Shown piece by piece: positions 12,136 through 25,727 of a stretch of DNA of 64,000 nucleotides (positions are counted from its first letter, which is position 1; every line of letters starts with the position of its first letter). A program made the position numbers and the translations under genes. Under the pieces are notes generated by a model. The model was given only the letters and a program-made list of their open reading frames with translations. It was not told where the DNA came from and did not search any database. The DNA lies in NCBI RefSeq assembly GCF_009914755.1, contig NC_060933.1, one strand, 5' to 3'. The stretch is from the human T2T-CHM13v2.0 reference genome, Homo sapiens.

Positions 12136-13299
12136 GAAATTCTCTCTCATTTGCTGTCATACATTTGCTCCTAGTAAGTCCAAGTATAAGCTCACTAGGC
12201 CTTGTCATAGAATGCACCAATCTGCTCTTATCAGAACTAAAGCTAAAAGAAATTTTATTTATAGGACATATTGGAAATACATGGTTAATCCATTTTGTGT
12301 TAGTTATTTCTATGGTCTATACTTTTTCAAGCCAGTCCACTGTGATAACATATGCTTGGCCTGCTCAAAGAACCATGTTCCCTGATTTGCAGATGAATAT
12401 TAAGGTATATATGTTTATTCAAGAGTACTATAAGGAGTAACCACACAAAACCCATTATTATATTAGCTACAGGATGTTATTCAATAATCTGTTCATGATA
12501 TTTCTTAGTTTCTCCTTCATAAAATTCTACAGAAGAAAATTATTTTAGTGACTGATATACAAATCTTGCTTTTGCTGAGTATCAGGTGGGTTTCTTATTT
12601 TCCAATAATATAACTGACACTATCTCCCTCTAATTATTGCTGTCAAGAAGTTAGGTGCAAAATTTGAACATTGAATTAGTAAACGTATTAATTCAGATGT
12701 TATATGAAATCAAGTTTGGTAAAAGGAGAAAGGAAGGTATAAGAAATGAAGCGAGAAAAAGGAAGAAGGGAAGGAGAGTACCTTTTGGCTCCTGATGCTC
12801 ACCTTTGATCTTTAGTAGTCCAAATATATTTTGGAAATGATACTTCACCTCTATATATGCATTTTTTTGATAGTTAAAATTTTAAACATTCAACTTTAGT
12901 TCAGTGTATTATTTCTTTGAATGGAAAGTACTCAATCTGCCTTCTGTTACCTAATGTACACATAAAATAATTGTAAAAATCCACTGCCTGGAAATAAGTG
13001 TTCAAGATCTGAGGCTGTTTCTACTTAATTAATATTGGCATAAAAATATGTGAAAGATTGAGCATATAGGTTGATAATTAACAATGCTTCCAGCTAGGAC
13101 TGATCAATATGACGTCTGAGGAATAATCATCGGACTTGGGAAGAGTACAAAATAGTTACTGGTTAGCTTCCTCTTTTATCCAGCAGCATCTAAATGATTT
13201 AAATATCAAAAATAAAAGCTTTTATAGTTTTCTTTAGTAAACATGTTGCATTGTCGTATTTTAAAAGAGTTTTGCTCTAAGGATAGGATAGGAAATAGA

Positions 13300-13496
13300 T
13301 TTTTACTGAGTGCCAATTGTGGTAGAGAGTCTTGTGTAGAAACATTTTTTATTCAACTTAATGAGCTAATAAATATTTTCATTTTACAGAAAGGAAAACT
13401 ATGATGAAGACATTTTCTCAAATCACACAGTAAGTAAGTGAAAGAGACAAGAATCAAACACAAATTTATGTAATTTAACAAATCCATGCTCTTTCC
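13300..13496 (-). mobile_element. MIR fragment
   Basis: cattttacagaaaggaaaact...aaatcacacagtaagtaagtg...atccatgctctttcc. Confidence 0.7.
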
Positions 13497-13619
13497 TGAC
13501 ATGTCCTGCTTCTCTGTTATTGAATATTTTTATGATGGTCTATCACTTTAGCGTATGCTTCAGATGCTTCTTCACTTATTGACTCATTAGTTTCGAGAAA
13601 AAATGATTGTCCCTCCACT

Positions 13620-13712
13620 TATTAATTCATTCATTCTTTTAATAAGGAACTTTTGGGTATCTATTATGTTTTATATACTGTGACAGGTGCTTGGAATACA
13701 AAATGAACAAGC
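13620..13712 (-). mobile_element. L2 3' end fragment
   Basis: attcattcattc...tatctattatgt...actgtgacaggtgcttggaatacaaaatgaacaag. Confidence 0.65.
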
Positions 13713-14395
13713 TTGTTTCATCATGGCTATATTAGTAACAGCAGTTGGCCTAATTCTGACTTGAGTGATTCCATTTCCACATGCTTAAATCTTTCTTCTT
13801 AGGAAGAGAAGTGATTAAACATGACAATTTCATTTTCACATTTTGCAGCTAAGCTGCTATTGTGCACCCTCTTAGAGATGTATCTACTTCAGAGAAGATG
13901 AACTTATGTGAACACTTAGTAGATGTTCAAATATTAAACAAGGATTTATAAGGTACTTCAGGATTAAATATGCAGAGTTGGAGCTCCCTCGGGTTCTCAG
14001 AAATGTGTTGGTTAAAAAAAACAGTGCCATCAGATAGACAACTTTATTAAAGAAAAGGTAAAATTCTAAATGATTTCTCCTTCCAGAGTATATTGAAATA
14101 TAAATTTATTCATGACTGTGCTGTAGATATTTAAGTAAGTTCATCAGCCTACAATTCTTAACATTTAAGTTGAATCTTTTACTGATGTCAGATGTACTTT
14201 ATTACTTAAAAGAGGCAACAACAATCATCTCATGCATTGTTCTTAGCTACCTTCTGCTCTTCTGAAAACTGGCAATTATACAGGACACACAAGTGTAGCT
14301 CCAGATGCATAAGCACAAATCACCAGATTATGAAAGTTACAGCACTAGTAGATGGATAGCTGCATGGAGCAGCATTGTTGAGTATATTTACTTAC

Positions 14396-14416
14396 TGTGA
14401 AGGTCACAATAGGTAT
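14396..14416 (-). other. Candidate 21-nt microexon of an unidentified minus-strand host gene
   Basis: Minus strand reads catttttttcctgacag|ATACCTATTGTGACCTTCACA|gtaagt; length divisible by 3; non-repeat context; no transcript evidence available. Confidence 0.35.
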
Positions 14417-15844
14417 CTGTCAGGAAAAAAATGTATATTTAAGCTGAACTGTGATCAGCCTTGAATATATAAATCAAAAAATTATCACAAATAGATTTGT
14501 TAAAATTCAAGGCAAAAAGAAGATAATATAATGTGCTTTTTTAAGGAGGGTTAGTAAATAATTGAGAAAAATATTTTCTACCACAGATATGCAGGTGAAG
14601 GCAGTGAACCATGTACCCATTTTGCCACATTTAAAACACTGCTTGACTGCAAATTTAAAAAATACAATGCTATGCTTTTATCTTTAAGAGTCTGAGGATA
14701 TGCAGACACTTACTCTGAATCCTACTTTTATTTATCTAATCCTCCTTTTACTTAGAAAGAAGAAATAAATGAAAAAACTGCAGCAGGAAATACATATTTA
14801 TCCAACCAGTCATTGACAAAATCTGGACTAGAAAGTGATCTCTCTGCTCTTATTTCAGTGTTGTCACTGTAGGAAAGTAGAGGCATGTCATAGATAATTA
14901 CTTAAATATGCTTCAAATAGATAGGTGTTCTCCTAGGAAAATCTGGCCAATTGCTTGCTCAAATAATTTCATGCATATACTCATTGTGCTGATAATTTAC
15001 ATACAGAGTAATATTTTTATCCATTCTAAGTGATTCTATTAAGTCAACTGCAGGTTGCTAAATTACAGTGTGTAATTCTGTAACAAAAGTCGTTTTCTTT
15101 TTTGGTTCATATGCATATGGTACAATTAGATTCAGTGAAATAATTCCAAGGTATTCTGTATGTTAAAGTTTACAATTTTATACCAAGCATTTTTTCTTGT
15201 TGTTCTTACACCTGCTTTCTAACCAATGGTGTGCAATATTGGGTAATATATTATAGTTCAACTCAAGCTTTCATAATCTTCCTTACATTTTTAAAAAATT
15301 CACGAGTTTTCATATTGACTGGAACAAAACTAGAAAATTATCCTATAACCAGTGTAATCTATCCAATTCTCCCCCTCAATCACCATAACATGATGTGCCA
15401 ATACATCTCCTGATAGTTGATTATGGTGATTGTCGATCCAAAACAAATTGAAACTTATTTATAACGAGGCTGAGGAAGGCTATTTGAATGGTATAAACAA
15501 GCTAGAAAAATAATTTTAAAATTATTTTTCTCAAAATAGTATACTATTTATTATTAAATATTCTATACCTTTTATTGTCAAATTTAAGCAATACAAAAAA
15601 AGCCAAGAAGTTCAAGTCATGCCAAAACAAGACCTAGAGAAAATCATTGTAACATAGTTGATCCCTGCCCTCACAGAAAACACAATTCCTGAAATTTATC
15701 TATACCTATTGTATTTCTATCGATAGTCATAGATACGTTTCACATTAATAAGGTGCTCATTTTTCTGTTGTTTCCCTGCTCACTAGGCGCCTGACTCTCT
15801 AGTCTTCCTTTGTCTCCAATACTATACTAACTTCTACGGTCACT

Positions 15845-16040
15845 AGTAACTTATTCGTACATTTTAAAATAACTATAAGAGTATAATTGTAACACAAAGG
15901 ATAAATACTTGAGGGAATGGGTACCCCATTCTCTATGATGTGGTTATTATGCATTGCATGCTTGTATCAAAACATCTCATGTAACCCATAAATATATATA
16001 CCAACTCTGTACTCACAAAAATTAAAAATTTCAAAAAATT
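15845..16040 (+). mobile_element. L1MA2/3-like 3' end
   Basis: gtacattttaaaataac...aacacaaaggataaatacttgagggaatgggtacccc...gtatcaaaacatctcatgtaacccataaat...A-rich tail. Confidence 0.85.
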
Positions 16041-17322
16041 ATCTTTGCATTGAAATCCTACAGAGACACCCCTGCATCGCCCTTATATTCATGTCAACAT
16101 CAATCAGTGGCTTTTTAATCTTTTATAATAGGTCAACTTTAATCTTAATTTTTTATGTATCCTATTTTTTCTATTTTAAATTAATTTTTTGTGTATGCTA
16201 TTCATTTTTTCTTAGGTCTTATTGATCTTCCTCACAAGGCAGTAAGCTTGGTACGGGCGATTAGCCCTCACACTCTTTGTCATTGCACTGTCTATTGTCA
16301 TTTTTAAAGGCTGAATTGTATTTATGTATGTGTGTGGATGTTTGTGTGTATATAATTTCTAAAAAAAAAAGATCCTAAAATAACATTTAAAAAGACTTTT
16401 CCCTCCATAAAGATGGGTTGAGCATACTTTTCTCTATTTCTACCACTAAGCATAGCTATATTACATATTAATATTTAGTATCAAATATATTATGTATTAT
16501 ATATTAAATATTTTTAAGAAAACTTGAAAGTTGGAGAAAAGTCAAAAGTCAATCAAAAGTCAAACAGGCTAGGAACTTCAGAATTCAAATAATAACACAG
16601 TAGTCAGTTTCTTGAGTTTTCTTTTTTGTCTCACATAGCCTATATTTGCCACTGGAGAAGCCAGTAACCCAGATAAACCAATAGTGCAAAACTCTGAAAA
16701 TTAACTAAAAGCTTATGGCAACCTAGAGAGTGTTTATTCAATAAAACCTGCCAAATATCAAAGAGCAGCAACATTTGTGTAATTTTAACTGATCCTAGTT
16801 CCATCTCTTGTTCCACAGTTCATTGGTAACCTTGAAAATAACAGCCTACCTTCTTCATATAGGTGGAGAGAACAGAATGAACTTAGTTGATCTATCTGGT
16901 GACTTCTAGAAGGCCCACTCAGAAGGCTTGCATTTACCTCACATAACTCAGAACTCACCTAATAAAGCTGCTGCCTGAGGGAATTTGTCAAAAATACTTA
17001 AATGCAAATGTTTCGGTTGCTGTTACATCAGGTAATGAAGAACACTGGAACAAACAATGGATTAATCAAAAATATTAGGAGGAAAGTCTATGGGTGAGAT
17101 GGTTTATTAAATAAAAACTCTTAAAGTTCTGGCATATTTCTGGGAGCCTAGAATGTCAGTTAGAATGCTTGAGGTTCTGTCCTTCCTGCGTGCTTAGGAA
17201 AGAACTGAGAAAGCCCTAGATGTCATCTTTGGCAGACCTTGAGAATTTCTGCAATCAGGAGCTGAAGGCTAAGGCAAAGTTGTAAATTGCCTAGCTGAGT
17301 GTTGAGGGTGTAATTCAGCGTG

Positions 17323-17342
17323 CACACACACACACACACACA
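17323..17342. repeat. (CA)10 microsatellite
   Basis: Direct read. Confidence 0.9.
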
Positions 17343-18957
17343 GCCTATAGAAAAAGATAGAGTTATTTTGGGTCTAGGCATTTAAGAAAATCTTTGCCTA
17401 TTTTCATTGGCTGATCATTAGATAATTAAACATTGGCTTCAGTGGCCACACATAACAGTAACACAGATTTTCCAGAATTAGTTCAGAAAAGCCAGCAAAC
17501 AAATAACAATGACTGCAGAAAACAGTAAAAACAAACCCCAAGGAGGGGGAGACGCATCATAATTAAACTGTCAAAAGCCAAAGGCAAAGACAGAATATTG
17601 AAAGCTGTAAAAGAGAAGTAACTCAGGTACAAAACATCTTCAATAGCTGATTTTTACCAGAAACTATGGTGTCCAGAGGCAGTGGGATGATATAATTAAA
17701 ATGTTGAAGGAAAAAATAAAACCCATAAACCTACAATATCCAATAAAATTGTCCTTAAAAAGGAGAAATATATTCCAAATAAGTAAGAAATCATATGAGC
17801 TAACAAATGTCTCCTACAAAAAAATGCTAAATGAAGTCCTTCAGGCTGAAATGAAGGGACACATGATAGTATGCTCAATACATATAAATAAATAAAGAAC
17901 AGTAGGATAACTACTTAAGTAAACATAGAAGACTGCCTTAATAGCCTTTGTATTTTCTCTTTTCCTATCTTATTTAACAGATAATTGCATATATCAATAA
18001 TTACAAATATATGTTGATGGGTACACAATGTATAAAGATGTAGTTTATGAAAATAAAATCATAATAAAAACAATGAAAAGAAAATTAAAATATATCTAGT
18101 ACAAAAGAGGAAAATAATGGAACATTTGAAGAATAAGAAATAAGATAAACAATAACAAATAGCAAAATAATAGGAATAAGTCCTTCCCTGTAAGTAATTG
18201 TGTTAAGTGTAAGTAGAATAATATCTCTAATTAAAAGGCAGACATTGACAGGATAAATTAAAAGTAAAATAAAAAGAACATTATCCAACTATGTGTTGCT
18301 TATAAGAGATTCAAAATTTAAAGACACAAATAGATTGAAAATGAAAGAATGATAAAAGATATTCTAGGCAAGACATAACCACAAGGGACCTGGAATGAAT
18401 ATAATATATCTCAGAAAAAATAAAATTTAAGACAGAAATTTTACTAGAGACACAAAAGGACATTATAAAGAAAAAAGTCAATTCATCAAGAAGCTATAAG
18501 AATTATCAATATACATACAGTTAAAAACAGGGTCTCAAAACACATGAAGTAAAAATGGACATAATTGAAAGAAGAAATATTTTAACATTAATAGATGGAG
18601 ACTTTAATACCCCACTTTACATAATGAATACAACTAGAGGGGCAGATCAACAAAAATATTAAAACTCTGAGAACAGTAAAAACCAAGATAAAGTAACAGA
18701 GATCCATAGAAAACGCCAACCAATATTAGTAATATGCCTGTTCTGCAATGCAGACCATGTGCTAGGCCACAAAACAAATAACAATAAATTTAAAACCATT
18801 GAAATTATATAACTAATGTTCTCTTACCACAATGGAAATAAATTAGAAATAAATTATAGAAGAACATTTGGGGACTAACAAATAGGTGAAAATTAAACAA
18901 CATATTCATAAATAACTAAAGTTTCCAAAGAGAAATCACAAAGAAAATTATTAACTA

Positions 18958-19644
18958 CTACCTGTTTGGGCTGCTATAAGAAGAATACCATAGACTGGGT
19001 ATTTGAATAACATTCGTTTCCTACAGTTCTGGAGGGTAAGATGTTTGAGATCAAGGTGCCAACATGGTTGGGTCCTGGTAAGAGCTGTCTTACTGATTTT
19101 CTCACATGGCACAAAGTGATAGAAATAGAAAACAAGCTCTCTGTGTCCCTTTTTATAAGTGACTATTAGTCCATTTTCACACTGCTATAAAGAACTACCT
19201 GAGACTGGGTAATTTACTTTAAAAAAAGTTTAATTGACTCACAGTTCTGCAGGGCAGGGGAGGCCTTAGGAAACCTACAATCATGATGGAAAGTGAAGGA
19301 GAAGCAAGGCATGTCTTACATGGCAGCAGAAGAGAGAGGGAGAGGGAGAGAGTGAGGCGGGAAGTGGCAACCTTTTAAACCATCAGATCTTGTGAGAACT
19401 CACTCACTATCACAAGAAGAGCCTGGAAGAAATTAACCCCAGGATCCAATCACATGGGGATTACAATTTGAGATGAGATTTGGGTGGGGCACAGAGCCAA
19501 ACCATATTAGGCACTAATCCTATAAAGAGGGTTCTACCCTCATAAACTACCACTTATGAAAGGCCCCAATCTCCAATTCTACCACATTGGGGATAGGGCT
19601 TCAATATAAAAATTTTGGTGGGAAACAAACATTCAGCCCATATA
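18958..19644 (-). mobile_element. MLT1A/MLT1A0 MaLR solo LTR, split by a THE1D LTR
   Basis: gtttgggctgctataag...ataccatagactggg...ttttataag [insert] ggcactaatcc...aaacattcagcccata. Confidence 0.85.
19163..19509 (-). mobile_element. THE1D-like solo LTR nested in MLT1A
   Basis: tattagtccattttcacactgctataaagaactacctgagactggg...gagatttgggtggggcacagagccaaaccatatta. Confidence 0.9.
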
Positions 19645-19844
19645 AAAATCTTTGAGATAAACAAAAAATGAAAACAAAATATACAAAAATAAATATATGG
19701 GATGTAGAGAAAGCAGTGCTCAAATGAAAATTTATAGTGGTAAAAACACACATTAAACAAGACGACAGATTTCAAATAAATAATCTAACCATTCACTTTA
19801 ATAAACTAGAACAAAGAGAAAATTGAACACAACACAAAGAAATA

Positions 19845-19995
19845 ATTTTGTTCTCAGCCACAAGCATGGTAAGTATGTGAGGCAATGCATATGTTAGTAA
19901 GCTCAACTAAAACATTGCACAGTATATACCTATTTCAGAACATCATATGTTCCACAATAAAGATATTCAATTATTATACGTCAATTAAAATTTTT
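19845..19995 (+). mobile_element. L1MA6-8-like short 3' end
   Basis: ttctcagccacaag...tatgtgaggcaatgcatatgtta...catcatatgt...gtcaattaaaa. Confidence 0.7.
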
Positions 19996-20659
19996 TTAAA
20001 GTTGGTTTAAAAAAATCAACAAAATTCAGAAGTCTTCAATTAGACGGACCATGAAGAAAAGAGAAGAATCAAATTATTAACTTTAAAAATGAAAATGTGG
20101 GCATTATCATGGACCGCATAGAAACTGATTATAGAATAATGCTATTAACAATTAGAAAACTTAGATGAAATAGACAAACTCCTAGAAACACACAAACTAC
20201 CAAAACTGATTTGAATAGAAATAGACAATATGAATATATTTATAATAGAATATTAAATCAGTAATAATCTCTCAACAAAGAAAAACTCAGGGGTGGATGC
20301 AATCACTGGTTAATGCTACCATACATTTAAAGAAGAATTAATACTAATCCTTCTCAGCAAGCACAGAAAAAGATGCTCAACATTATTAGTCATTAAGCAA
20401 ATGCAAATGAGATTCATAATTAGATACCACTTCATATCCACTAGGATGGGTATGAAAATTAATGATAATAACAATCATTAGCAAGGTTGTAGAGAAATTG
20501 GAACGGTCTTAGATTGCTGGTAGGAATATAAAATGTTGCAGCACTGTAGTAAACAATTTGGCATTTTCTCAAAATTTAAATCAGATGACCCAGGAATTTC
20601 ACTCCCATATGTCTAACCGGGAGTATTGAAAAAATATGTTCACTTGAAAAGTTATAGGC

Positions 20660-20922
20660 CAAAGTGTATAAACCTGGAGTTACGTAGGATAAAAATAAGT
20701 CTATAGAGCTAATGTACAGCATGAGTATAGTAGTTGATAATGCTGTATTTTATACTGAAAATTAGTTAAGTGACTAGATATTAGATGTTCTCACCCAAAG
20801 AAAAAGAAGGTAACTATGGAAGATAATAAACAGGATAATTTTCTTGATTGGAGAAATCATTTCACTACATATTGTATATAAAAACATCATGTTATATACC
20901 TTAAATATATAAAATAAAAAAG
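20660..20922 (+). mobile_element. L1MA9/10-like 3' end
   Basis: ctaatgtacagcatgagtatagtagttgataatgctgtat...gttctcacc...aacatcatgttatataccttaaatatat. Confidence 0.75.
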
Positions 20923-22670
20923 AATTATCTGAATTATGTTAAAATACCAATAATAACATTAAAGGTTATTTACCTAAACATACCAATTAAAAGGTAGAAA
21001 TCAACAGCTAGAAAAAAAGTGCATGACCCAATTATATGTATTTCTGTATAGAAAAAGTACTCATTTCAGGTACAATGGTGTCTGTAGGATGACAATAAAT
21101 GTTGGAAAAAATCTACCATGCAAACAGAAGTAAGCAAGAGTGTCTATCTTAATGTGAGATGAAGTTTACTTCACAGAAAAGACAATTAACAAGATAAATA
21201 GGTCCATCCACCAAGGAGGTATAAGCAATCTTACAAGTGAATGCACTGAACAATAGACCTACAAAATACGTGAAAAAAAAAAATGAAAGAAGAAATAGAA
21301 AAATCCAGAATACGAATTGGAGGAGACTTCAACACCCCACTCAATGGTTGATATATGCAGACAGAATATTAGAAAGGATGAAATAAACATCATCAACCAA
21401 TAAGATCTAATCAACACTTAAGGAATATACAACAGCAGTAGAATGCACATAGTATTAATGTGTTCATGGAAAATGTCCAAAATGGAACACATTTAAATCA
21501 TAAATGAAGCCTCAACAAATGTCAATGATTTGCAATAATATGGTTTGTATTTTCTAACCACAGTGACATCAAACTAGGGAACAATAACAAAAAGACAACA
21601 GCTAAAACTCTAAACACTTGGAAAATAAATAAAACACTTCTAAATAATACACAGGTCAAAGAGGAAATTGCGAAAAAAATAGCAAAACTTCATAGAACTG
21701 AATGAAAATACAAGACATCAATGTATGCAAGACATAGCTATAAAATGTATATAACTAAAAAGCAAAATTTATATCACTAAAAACTTGAGTAAAGGTCTCA
21801 ATAATATAATATCTTAACTTAGGAAACCAGAAAAAGAAGAGGAAAATAAGCCCAAAGAAAGCACAAGAAAGAAAACAATGGAAGCAGAAATCAATAAGAT
21901 CAAAACTAGCAAAACAATTGAGAAAATCAATGAATCAAAGGTTTGATTCTTACGTCAAAATAAATAAAATTGGTAAATCTCTAGAAACATTGACAAATTA
22001 ATAAGAATAAAGACATCAATCAAATTGGGGAAGCTATCATGACAGAATCTACGCCCATTTCAATTACTTGAAAATCAGAAATTCCTCAAAAGTAATCAAA
22101 ATTAAAGAAATGATCTGAAGGGTCCTATTACCTGTAAAGAAATTGAATTTGTACTTTAAAACCTTGTAAGTAGAAATATCTGGGCCCATATGCATTCACT
22201 GAAGAATGCACACAAGCATTTAATGATAAATTAAAACCAATTTTACAAAATCTTTTTCAGAAAAGACACTAAGAAACACTCCCCAACTCACATGATGAGG
22301 GCTTACTGCTACCCTAAATGTAAAACCAGTGAAAGACAGTCCAGAAAATGAAAAATAAAAAAAAAACTCCCAGAGACTTAAATTTAAAAATCTTTAAGAC
22401 AACATTAACAAATCAAATCTAACAATGTAAAAAAAGAATAATACACCATGAACAATTGGGCTTTCTTCCAGGTGTGCAAAACTGGTTTCACATTCAAAAA
22501 TGAATAAATAGAATCCACCATATCAACAGGCTATACAAGAAGATTATGTCATTATAACCAACTGACACAGAAAAATCCTTTTACAAAATTTAAAACCTTC
22601 TCAATACAAAAATCTTAGCAAAATAAGAATAAAGAACTTCCTCAAGTTGATAAGAGTATCTACAAATGCC

Positions 22671-25283
22671 CAGGACCAGACGGATTCACAGCCAAATTCT
22701 ACCAGAAGTACAAAGAAGAGCTGCTACCATAACTTCTGAAACTATTCCAAACAATAGAAAAAGAAGAACTCCTCCTTAACTCATTGTATGAAGCCAGCAT
22801 CATCCTGATAACAAAACCTGGCAGAGACACAACAAAAAATAGAAAATGTCAGGCCAATATCCCTGATGAACATCGATGAGAAAATCCTCAATAAAATACC
22901 GGCAAACCGAATCCAGCAGCACATCAAAAACTTATCCACCATGATCAAGTCGGCTTTCACCCTGGGAAGCAAGGCTGGTTCAACATACACAAATCAATAA
23001 AAGTAATCCATCACATAAACAGAACCAATGACAAAAACCACATGATTATCTCAATAGATGCAGAAAAGGCCTTCGATAAAATTCAACCACGTTTCATGCT
23101 AAAAACTCTCAATAAACTAAGTACTGATGGAATCTATCTCAAAATAATAAGAGCTGTTTATGACAAACCCACAGCCAATATCATACTGAATGGGCAAAAG
23201 CTGGAAGCATTCCCTTTGAAAGCCGGGACAGGACAAGGATGCCCTCTGTCACCACTCCTATTCAACATAGTATTGGAGGTTCTGGCCAGGGCAATCAGGC
23301 AAGAGAAAGAAATAAAGGTATTCAAATAGGAAGAGAGGAAGTCAAACTGTCTCTGTTTGCAGATAACAATTGTATATTTAGAAAACCCCATCGTCTCAGC
23401 CCCAAAACTCCTTAAGCTGATAAACAACTTCAGCAAAGTCTCAGGATACAGAATCATGTGCAAAAATCACAAGCATTCCTATACAACAATAATAGACAAA
23501 TAGAGACCCAAATCATAAGTGAAATCCCATTCACAACTGCTACAATGAGAATAAAATACCCAGGAATACAACTTACAAGAGATGGGAAGGACCTCTTCAA
23601 GGAGAACTACAAACCACTCCTCAAGGAAATAAGAGAGGAAACATACAAATGGAAAAACATTCCATGCTCATGAATAGGAAGAATCAATATCATGAAAATG
23701 GCCATACTGCCCAAAGTAATTTATAGATTCAATGATATCACCATTAAGCTCCCACTGACTTTCTTCACAGAATTAGAAAAAATTACTTTGAATTTTATAT
23801 GGAACCAAAAAAGATCCCGTATAGCCAGGACAATCCTAAGCAAAAAGAACAAAGCTGGAGGCATCATGCTACCTGACTTCAAACTATACTACAAGGCTAC
23901 AGTAATCATAACAGCATGATTCTGTTACCAAAACAGACATATAGACCAAAGGAACAGAACAGAGGCTTCAGAAATAACATCGCATATCTGCAACAAGCTG
24001 ACCTTCGACAAACCTGACAAAAACAAGCAATGGGGAAAGGATTCCCTATTTAATAAATGATGTTGGGAAAACTGGCTAGCCATATGCAGAAAACTGAAAT
24101 TGGACCCCTTCCTTACATCTTATACAAAAATTAACTCAAGATGGATTAAAGACTTAAACATAAGACCTAAAACCAGAAAAATCTTAGAAGAAAACCTAGG
24201 AAATATCATTCAGGACATAGGCTTGGGCAAAAACTTCACGACTAAGACGTCAAAAGCAATGTCAACAGAAGTCAAAATTGAAGAGGGGATCTAATTAAAC
24301 TAAACAACTTTCGCACAGCAAAAGAAACTAGCATCAGAATAAACAGGAAACCTACATAATGGGAGAAAATTTTTGCAATCTATCCATCTGACAAAGGGCT
24401 AATATCCAGAATCTACAAGAAACTTAAATTTACAAAAAAAAAAAAAAAATCAAAGAGTGGGTGAAGGATATGAACAGACACTTCTCAAAAGACGGCATTT
24501 ATGTGGCCAACAAACATGTAAAAAAAGTTCATCATCACTGGTCATTAGAGAAATGCAAATCAAAACCACAATGAGATACCATCTCATGCCAGTTAGAATA
24601 GCAATTATTAAAAAGTCAGGAAACAACAGATGCTGGAGATGATGTGGAGAAATAGAAACACCTTTACACGGTTGGTGGGAGTGTAAATTAGTTCAACCAT
24701 TGTGGAAGACAGTGTGGCGATTCCTCAAGGATCTAGAAGCAGAAATACCATTTGACCCAGCAAGTCCATTACTGGGTATATACCCAAAGGATTATAAATC
24801 ATTCTACTATAAAGACACATGAACACGTATGTTTACTGCAGCACTATTCACAATAGCAAAGACTTGGAACCAACCCAAATGTCCATCAATGATAGACTGG
24901 ATAAAGAAAATGTGGCACATATGCACCATGGAATACTGTACAGCCATAAAAAAGGATGATTTCCTGTCCTTTGCAGGGACATGGATGAAGCTGGAAACCA
25001 TCATTCTCAGCAAACTAACACAGGAACAGAAAACCAAACACCACATGTTCTCATTCATAAGTGGGAGTTGAACAACGAGAACACATGGACACAGGGAGGG
25101 GAACATTACACACTGGGTCCTGTCAGGTATGGGGGGCTAGAGAAGGGATAGCATTAGGAGAAATACCTAATGTAGATGACGGGTTGATAGGTGCAGCAAA
25201 CCATCATGGGACATGTATACCTATGTAAAAAACATGCACGTTCTGCACATGTATCCCAGAACTTAAAGTATAATGAAAAAAAG
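22671..25283 (+). mobile_element. 5'-truncated L1PA7-like (PA6-PA8) LINE-1, ~2.6 kb
   Basis: Recognisable ORF2 RT/C-terminal fragments ([15 protein letters not shown]..., [43 protein letters not shown]); 3'UTR gtagatgacgggttgataggtgcagcaaacc; perfect 17-bp TSD gagtatctacaaatgcc at 22654-22670 and 25284-25300. Confidence 0.96.
23042..25071 (+). pseudogene. Disrupted L1 ORF2p (reverse transcriptase and C-terminal domain) fragments
   Basis: Six broken ORFs; the catalytic FADD motif reads tttgcagataac (FADN) near 23357 with an adjacent frameshift; multiple stops. Confidence 0.9.
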
Positions 25284-25727
25284 GAGTATCTACAAATGCC
25301 TATGGTAAACATCATACTTAATGGTGAAATGTTGAATGCATTTTCTCTTAAATTGGAATGTGTATATTTGGAACATATGACTTTCTGGAAAATACAAGAT
25401 CATGGAGACAGCAAAAAGATCAATGGTTGCCAGTGGTTAGAGGAAGAGCAGGGGGATGAATAGATAGGTATACAGGATTCTTAAGGTAGTGAAACTACTC
25501 TGTATTTTATTATGGTGATGGATGCATGTTGTTCCAAATTTTTCCAAATCCATAGAACACACAACACCAAGAGTGAGCCTAAACTATGTACTCTGGGCGA
25601 TAATGATGTGTCAGTGTTGGCTCATCAGTTGTAACAAATGTACTACTCTACTGGGGGATGCAGTCAATAGTTGATTGAATGTCATTTTGTGTCACATGGC
25701 CATATTTGATGAAGAATTTGTGTTTAG

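Larger units (their letters stand above)
16393..20660 (+). mobile_element. Old L1M (L1M4/MB/MC-type) 5'UTR, ORF1 and ORF2 remnants, interrupted by younger elements
   Basis: L1M-type 5' end sequence from 16393; ORF1 remnant ~17560-17890 (ORF track MLKEKIKPINLQYPIKLSLK); endonuclease-region remnants 18170-18960; later ORF2 pieces 19645-20660. May be a composite of two L1s. Confidence 0.75.
20930..25665 (+). mobile_element. L1MC-like element (ORF2 remnant and 3'UTR), host of the L1PA insertion
   Basis: ORF2 remnants 20930-22670, resumes at 25284, then jumps to an L1MC1/2-like 3'UTR (catagaacacacaacaccaagagtgagcct...gtaacaaatgtactactct). Confidence 0.75.

Noticed and set aside
23042-25071. Reverse transcriptase-like ORFs as an active or novel retroelement system
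   Set aside because: Standard 5'-truncated L1PA ORF2 with frameshifts, stops and a mutated catalytic motif
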